Positions 62,301 to 64,000 of a DNA stretch of 64,000 nucleotides are shown piece after piece. Made by a program: the position numbers and the translations under genes. The notes beneath the pieces are model-generated. The model worked only from the letters and a program-made list of their open reading frames with translations, had not been told where the DNA came from and did no database searches. Source of the stretch: Candidatus Omnitrophota bacterium. Its GTDB lineage: Bacteria; Omnitrophota; Gorgyraeia; Gygaellales; Profunditerraquicolaceae. How positions within the stretch are numbered: the stretch's first letter is position 1; every line of letters begins with the position of its first letter. Location of the stretch: positions 166,313 through 230,312 of the forward strand of contig JALOQK010000001.1 of assembly GCA_025453395.1 (NCBI GenBank), written 5' to 3'.

Positions 62301-64000
62301 TCCACAGCCCAAACGCGTTGCGCCTCCAAACTGGAAATTAATCGCTTCAAGATAACGCAGAAACGCAGATTCCTTAAAATAATATCAACCCCCTGCTCCA
62401 TACGGGCCAATCCACACCTAGGCCCATACTTATGTTCCTGAAGGCCTTGTTTATAATCTTTATCTAAGCAGCCTAAAACTGCGGCTATGGTTTCCCGAAC
62501 ACCTATATCTGCCTCCATTAAAGCCTGCCTAATCATTGCTTCGCCTTGTTCGCCGGAAACTATTTGCTCTTCCATCTCGGCTATCCTTTTTTCAAGCGGT
62601 TCTCCACCCGGCAACTGCGCAAACCCGCGGTATTTCAATCTCTGCCTGAAAGTTAGAATAAAGGAGACGGTTCTATTTTCTAGAAAACGCCAGAGGTAAA
62701 TATAAACGGGGACTGCGATAATAAATAACAGGGGAATAAATAACAGGTATGGCGAGATAGCAGCTGTCTGCATCGCATCTACCGGCGCTCCGGTAGGCTG
62801 GGCAGGAATAAGGTATCTACTTGCGGCAACCGCCGCGCCAAGACAAGCTACGCTCAGCATTATGTAAACTTCTCCGAGGCCTTTTTCTTTTCTGTCCCCG
62901 TCCGCGCCGGAGCTAATAGCATTAGTAGAAACTTCAAGAACAGCCATTTTAATTTTATTCGATATAAAGCTATACTGTTGGCGTATTTCGCTTTTTTCTT
63001 TTTCAATGAATATGACATTATTCAGCTTCGCAATAAGCTGCTTCACGCACCCGGGTATGGAATTTCCCCAAGGATTACGTAAGCTGAAAAAATATTTATT
63101 ATAAATATCGTCCAACTGTTGTGCCGCAAGCTTAAATAAATTAAGCTTTAACAAATCTTCTAGGTTAAAATTTGCCCAAGACTGGGCAAGCGCATGTAGT
63201 ATATCAAAAGGCATTTCGCCGAAATGGCCTTCTTCTAAGAATAATTTTGCCGCGCCTTCTAAGGCATCCTTTACGGATATCTGCCCTTTCTTCAGCCGAC
63301 AGAGAATTTTGGAAAAATCAGCACAAAGGGCATCCACAATTTCCCTTCTTTCTTCTTTAGAAAGCTGGAATAAATAAGTACGATTAGCGCTAATCTTTTC
63401 TACTGCCGCATAAATAGCGCTTCCTTTAAGCAGAATATGACTGTTGAGCGCAAAATCTAATTTTTCTAAATTATGGATTTGGTAGAGGCGGGTAACAGCT
63501 TCAAAAGCCGGCAATTTACGGGAAACAAATATAACTCTAAAGAAATACGCCCAAAGCCGCGGCGAACCGCGCACAAAATTATTTGTAATTGCGAATTCTC
63601 TGTAAACATTAAAAAATACCTCTGTTTTTTCTTTATTTATTCCGTTTAAGCGATTCCTGCGCCACGCTTTAGAGAAAACTTTCCTAAACTCTACCAAATA
63701 ATTAGCATCTTTAGCCTGCCTAAGCATATAGCACAAAATCACATCTAACTCCCGAGTATATTTTGCCTTATTCCGCAGCATTCCCCCAATTTGCCCGAGG
63801 AAGGTATGGAATCCAGTGAATTCCGGCTCCTCCTCTTTAATTGCAGGCTCATTAATCAGGCCTATTTTCTTGGCATAAATACAAACTGAAGTTTTCTTGC
63901 GAATTAATTCCGTTAATTTTTCTTCAATACGTTTATTCCTCTGCCATACCCCGGCGCAACGCATAAGAAACTTTCTATTTTCTGCCCTAAAGATAAAACG
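47330..64000 (-). CDS. Giant multidomain membrane protein (more than 5550 aa, 5' end outside window)
   Basis: Frame is open from 64000 (RFIFRAENRKFL precedes the track Met) to the stop at 47330. Contains multiple TM hairpins, two CxxxCxxC radical SAM domains, a class I methyltransferase, HAD, GNAT, HEAT-like and HTH-like segments. Confidence 0.9.
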   Translation of the reverse strand, partial: RFIFRAENRKFLMRCAGVWQRNKRIEEKLTELIRKKTSVCIYAKKIGLINEPAIKEEEPEFTGFHTFLGQIGGMLRNKAKYTRELDVILCYMLRQAKDANYLVEFRKVFSKAWRRNRLNGINKEKTEVFFNVYREFAITNNFVRGSPRLWAYFFRVIFVSRKLPAFEAVTRLYQIHNLEKLDFALNSHILLKGSAIYAAVEKISANRTYLFQLSKEERREIVDALCADFSKILCRLKKGQISVKDALEGAAKLFLEEGHFGEMPFDILHALAQSWANFNLEDLLKLNLFKLAAQQLDDIYNKYFFSLRNPWGNSIPGCVKQLIAKLNNVIFIEKEKSEIRQQYSFISNKIKMAVLEVSTNAISSGADGDRKEKGLGEVYIMLSVACLGAAVAASRYLIPAQPTGAPVDAMQTAAISPYLLFIPLLFIIAVPVYIYLWRFLENRTVSFILTFRQRLKYRGFAQLPGGEPLEKRIAEMEEQIVSGEQGEAMIRQALMEADIGVRETIAAVLGCLDKDYKQGLQEHKYGPRCGLARMEQGVDIILRNLRFCVILKRLISSLEAQRVWAVDILKNMPQQDKLCYVDKFISRVKLCNTEQEKSFLISGLLAMGIEEALASVIELAASVEDESSQAAFEALKAYPDSPRIAELAKLQLISVLEEEKAKPDEVIRVIKIIELGEPDKAVDAMLLKIDKRFEPSSKSYILALYALAQRLRVDKTAGLWPKINEEERSAIIRCLTLIGTYEAVRILILLAKGENARDRDLSKSKLGELLRLNNKHALACRQEIINIAAAYGKLNRKAGQDISDKAFSQGQLIFVLFVLAITVILGTALKNVFEYSDNASILISTGAAASLLLIWQVCACDLKTFWEDFKQTCSAGKEQAISFGFIIFFLSAATAAFIFIPSKLLAFVLSVGILSLGAKVFNVSALINCAIGRLSRLGIGKSLLRILQAPQNEKQMAEKKAFQEKQDTMRRMRRHNSDKPESIIFYQQVLEKEIPEHLTDDPDIKQLRESLLNQTNECILRAIRLTEQQRQDAALSKPAQQLRKEQKAALSQELENLKAGLSGLEPLGQFEAQLMNILKRFPKDFQRLPQIEKFREDTGKFLACKKIDSDTSRAKIQNAENINGKIVNAVKKAYAELDALRADSFISLDALNQGVSAICQRVLNVIPRKHVPMKIVQEFLENAKYAENKLLFDLVESTLKKHLEENGLRENKYAVCLGLMKNIIVERDKLIYEYKLRQDFDLFISWLIEGLPFEQIKAKMQEGEFFPEFDPLISKVENALAVNPKDIIDQAGAGSLCEDGQGNIKEKARNFIPGLFRSLPPEERLLNYLTYDCWLAKYLRGSLLNMESKVLVELNLCVIKAMQSAAGMCRKLCNEYSFQSAASKVEMSSVINRVIAVIDQRYTTIDKEVKIKIKELTQARKDIDALNLEKAFIPELEIAKNSLAQTVEMLAFIHARDSSWGEYAQYQKWQEDKKQSLQAAIEMAREREKARAASAILKLKVTSLLNISDPGYSGRGKLLLWCAQINNPQANNPVKSLVQIYKALNPTIHEEAGLRENIKNNVLRVIKNYLEKNAEWIFQDDWPADADDRIKRDFPYQAQHFRNPLPKPTAQQPIKPEVEIKKAEVEKSGILILEEQILTLETEKLSPATAISLCKDALFRLASLEKSLPMGEVRGYQSRLLRVQQRYEKKSHGRPMTNLIPPVIATLFLSLVGAVSAGQVLTAQNIPAPPGQAFPFYLCLLFPVLLVIIAVIFLYGPSLRNKPDLDPVGTSDESLLKIPFSFKSKNGIGTATIALRILNAIMDGRVAEDINVMVTYKCCFNCADCLAACACKEGGFWDVPKEALYSLFEQLRGCKLVHIVGTGEPLCYGKDKYFEGGVSRDFLDVVRYAAQRIEVVRIVTNAYLVPEDIKVAKEFFAQFPKNVVWLVSADEYHEKEMREKTGKQLSEVIKTMNKLARRGKIKLMFNVRYANKTGREVDDMTWRLGIRPSFPSLVLKLLLFVVSLGSLDFYGLGKTKTFINRIIGQGNAVKNESYSLRLSFADIQEHARDLDKMMFFVDPQGNLVICDHVAYMAMQERKEFKNLISNSVIGNVSEESMASLFLDKLLKSRYENIIRRFNYFDEGTLAWLVLAVYFASCGMPLEAGYYMDQVFSKEIQQIDKLEELLARFIFFQESPALNDFIFGQMRKHTEKVRFSFISQLAVKSTVKAQARFVNFEQIIFSLLNIFSLLAAIVYGSFADTDGLSDISAFGMLAYTVIFFISIAFISFTYNERIPVFSNLIYYILSLFAWRFKAMKANSPAHGNGDVPQKGTLLNRGGALGGQVTGAAGSPLFHHQPSPADIDFSFGFGGRLGPNYLGARAFDGVRDPLYESHKFGWFFADGSIEGKLIEGEKNGLVDTVRKNPYDCEKNINRDFWGLNMLFDGDITMDIQTIKISIGQRVVRVLLIGPGRGFEAFGLMATCGNNVDITALAKEDLIYSNPEDLQDRFHNFSETGMAITVSEAQEYINRLKSRQIIYDMEKGIPFADNSFDVVIFGSAVMEYIKDKYSALKEALRVCRIDGFVYCVLYPLSIRINDLSAIQYFVKQFTSSIVKTYRMAPYLRFKKQEDIKFPYLLIERVLESKGFVSGATQYSVFYRERQFNSPASVAQLPIQPTRLETVNNIKALQDNGSKKFDIIPAQQKDAAVQKTTKDSVICSQNVIRYETFSFLSGLAEKCRDVESIGYALIVVNSFVNHEDLAVAIHAKYIQRIFEIRLSMLSQGLALFADQAMTAKNNKQGGDDPATKKKLDAAASLIKESQKGLAALTPRGIKTFSHILSAFFLISLMPADFWPQEMLVSLPKGFWALTILFCLLFSARPYLSSIFSRMRSKHPAKVIKITDVKPRIKVIVLVWDGVVVDSLDCVFFVWGAMYDRIMKGESRSYIPTKEGLKNGIDYVNACGGGSLYAQIGDVIARARTKKVRNLRTNQEYVDEFCDLILKSVKEKIGRGDNIVIPETVKALCEIRRKFPGVRIIQTSGQPSVSLKETIRILGMEYFYDQIYGAYPLKSGIPHDKKTQIIALRKKYGLALNEIILFEDQAQGAREAKSAGALTAVIVTDPEKEKIFRKLNVDFIIRSEGINKDIIPYLGMRRISIPHIFASCALVTFVPLALAAKFPLFGFTLYFIFLACLLTAKFHIFRPAIRKLICDYWFGVQPAGCFTEKLKALGYAREASKIENNLRAEIIFDRSAYNLYAVYNKLGLIVSSDIQDKICVKWQEVKMIKGAFCDIYHVVEPETEGAILLGAISNPRVAYVGSENSGNGNGDVPQGDTLLNRGNAPTSPNMLGWRMLPAGIHLSEDMRQKNIYANMCCQRQLFQQAYSDGFNLTLPEIKMGGFEGIFRRFQHADFIALIQDWFFGVIADKKLLEFTYASCITSNVLLAKMLSAKFDLPIGKNRGAHLEIMPGFYSGPALKNGSHHYWIVLYDGNEKFFIDSAYGQFDQEYKNKIIIRADYEQALKDLFLQERPQLLLEKRISLVHAGQISEMLSSENAVIEQEIMPRFCKLYIAPKYKQAEILGGADLRDAFRIYKGDVYYPCAGHDAVSFMALVNLFPSARCFIFNDNFVQKEMSVSIPDKQDIQGIIKQLSEYFNWVGEALGEMAVKVIDPALLEINIGLNDKMRALLGRQNIKILYQINDFMQNQNKYGIVYVQGPGMAGRISKKSYFWKKVKIQVLRGGYLIVSEQTTRQPHLSRDIEWAANIMPNTCFSYWRSYIKPWRIYRINQTVFSKAKTPQQLSPEVSLADSNIDRGALTSPACSPERPKIKKQTIQPTRLETVNKANASGAGGRGLGATGSSLFHHLPSLSDIDIDFGGRLGPNFLGARDKNLIGHPFYGGKFRYLFADGSGASKVREIFGSQVIEDISDLDYSFQQRVEFLRREQFANLDIRINPYSNWVPKRILCVLSLTCNSGCDICMFSCDSGRKREMVLVDFYRATDFSGMGIRDPSLYISGGELSLRKDLHEIIAERNVCSLTTNASLMVTPEKAREFVLMIKKSRGSDSKFTFRISLDDSHLARPAISLIKIANLAEAVIRYYPEADIIINTLINITSGQTTWNFFQELSSRGLGVSFQMQHSFVEKNEQVIRRALRISQLSRIGRALDVYPDSVFEQCELSETKKRYYPGTTLAFDYRGDVSFADMYLVDHSPLVFGNALQEKWGSIIFRLRKDPLFLGFISDSQRILKFADEYCEGIVERINQGRPGTLLTFFYWLFSSPERKLYITYRFLNEYSKAGFLGQGAFSNLSNSQMKTLAQEQVGGLRRQYFPSGAPGSKQTPSSGEGVVLQSPVFIGLAALLAANHLDTWLSKLPFLIVFIFIAILSYGEYLLNKSSVVRKAGILRANLDDGIYNAADIVKLGPERLDKTARAMLCIEKLVFSNPATKPKIVNPAQHLVEEYKKRLLDNYVYLAVEKGDIVGFIRFSIYKETIANLQELAILPAFQRNGIGSKLMDSFVNALWGMSPRINTFRFMPSLKTNSGFFYYGKYFPRRSKGHSMALSWYLELNLPLRMCYKAVIHPIEKGCNGDKAHYSQSGPDLGIGGRLGPNYLGAQDKNLIGHPFYGGKFRYLFADGSGAEGREDRKARLEQITADFLKNHPGEKILLTQLAKLAGFKYCTLWRWKKEKGVILEGVSSAERGSKVSLAKFIKAAEEVAKDKGSKKFPLMEIRDKMNMKKHPSTFSNILARLRKAGIDPVEELRKKGIIATLPETGVRKTSPEIESLSARIKEALLKFKAGNFSSRKELSQGREKVRDLLVELCKENTGGEFIILRKEFNAILKEKKAQQEPVGAPSGLKIQAKQDEAVVEVKQIAIQKTDEFKVAKRLKPVPVTVDNRGDDFRIEEWERIFGKLDRKEYVKKMIIYHSDLHGKTLSGIIGLVVKIKDWPWLLYLLRQALKEGTTDKSALLFAKRALDEAAEKGKQNIKFVGAPGGAKKGLGEVCTMLGVVCLGAVVVAGAYLTQAQSTGPPDSHLGRASLYPVMTVPFLFVLAIKAFRYLQKLFQGKHNIKQFDWENALEAPWNEAVCDRKAQAAGPASENEKNYFHNQKQVREEFVQLLKEIHNGALTNFLDFKKRIIELNRIMLTGKDGNCIYIPPTFDHSLFEGCVYAEDKDAKVRGIAGSFEDSIGNTDKRLKIIFEDIKRFLLFPSVNHIADFYFHARPKNQYYIYQKANQSLFMGMSNAMLRMLGSSGIAHIISLDRIGYRFSSCEQFRPYFTSVVEANKTGKKFDFGDTILNSKEVSGSPAQDKKIGGALGTNSSPVIRNMLIPFTAAFIALGAKDLFAAGAYLAQAQPTGAPVQHTQFVSFPPYLLPVLLTIIVALGLMAIFSKNRAMPPDTDSDSMTLPKRVEVIEFSGTKVEIKEFHNNIFEAWLKNELLVRIEFIEKKNEKEETVSLDVCFWRVDLSSQSKDLVRSAIKYLTEYFMKGFPDTTQRKYFSHPVSLLQELFYRNLILLRTGTRNEDVFQKDAFSNRDGAPGDGQKLISRRGLNRGGFVRFARDKHDMDFDKYYFWLINADRNYPRRAAIWL
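50184..50292. repeat. Giant-ORF linker cassette GGRLGPNxLGA...FADGS (copies at 50184-50292, 52353-52461, ~56855-56961)
   Basis: About 109 nt near-identical between the first two copies; the third is diverged in its middle. Confidence 0.9.

Noticed and set aside
253-63360. The many 60-170 aa ORFs antisense to or overlapping annotated genes
   Set aside because: They are shadows of well-supported genes on the opposite strand or frame and have no recognisable motifs.
63962-63964. ATG 63964 as the start of the giant gene
   Set aside because: The frame stays open to base 64000 and no RBS is evident, so the true start is probably outside the window.
1-64000. tRNA, rRNA, integrase or transposase genes
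   Set aside because: None recognisable by eye; a tRNAscan-SE/Infernal run would be needed to exclude small RNAs in the 36458-36591 and 47053-47329 spacers.

Overview
Bacterial chromosomal window of about 40% GC. Gene content and a giant membrane-anchored ORF suggest Candidatus Omnitrophota (inference only). From left to right it contains: (1) the start of an F-type ATP synthase operon (atpZ/I-B-E-F-H, minus strand). Its 5' leader holds a complete ANTAR antitermination element (two hairpins with A1/G4 hexaloops, the second overlapping an intrinsic terminator), directly downstream of a GAF-ANTAR gene. (2) A long minus-strand run: class II ribonucleotide reductase with an Asp-terminated LAGLIDADG intein and tandem NrdR boxes, mnmG, a QueG-like protein, PiT plus DUF47, pstSCAB1B2-phoU with complementary degenerate ATPases, a PEBP protein, nadE, Lrp and an aminotransferase. 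(3) LacI and ROK regulators divergent from a pilN-O-P-Q-M operon, which converges on pilB-pilB-GGDEF/STAND-MshEN-pilC. (4) Secreted glycoside-hydrolase-like and CBM-like proteins, sugar MFS and ABC importers, and a tandem PilZ protein. (5) The 3' 16.6 kb of a giant ORF that is still open at the window end. It is built from unrelated enzyme domains joined by repeated linker cassettes and transmembrane hairpins. Several families of short palindromic or heptamer repeats are dispersed through the window, and several lie in frame inside protein N-termini, including signal peptides.
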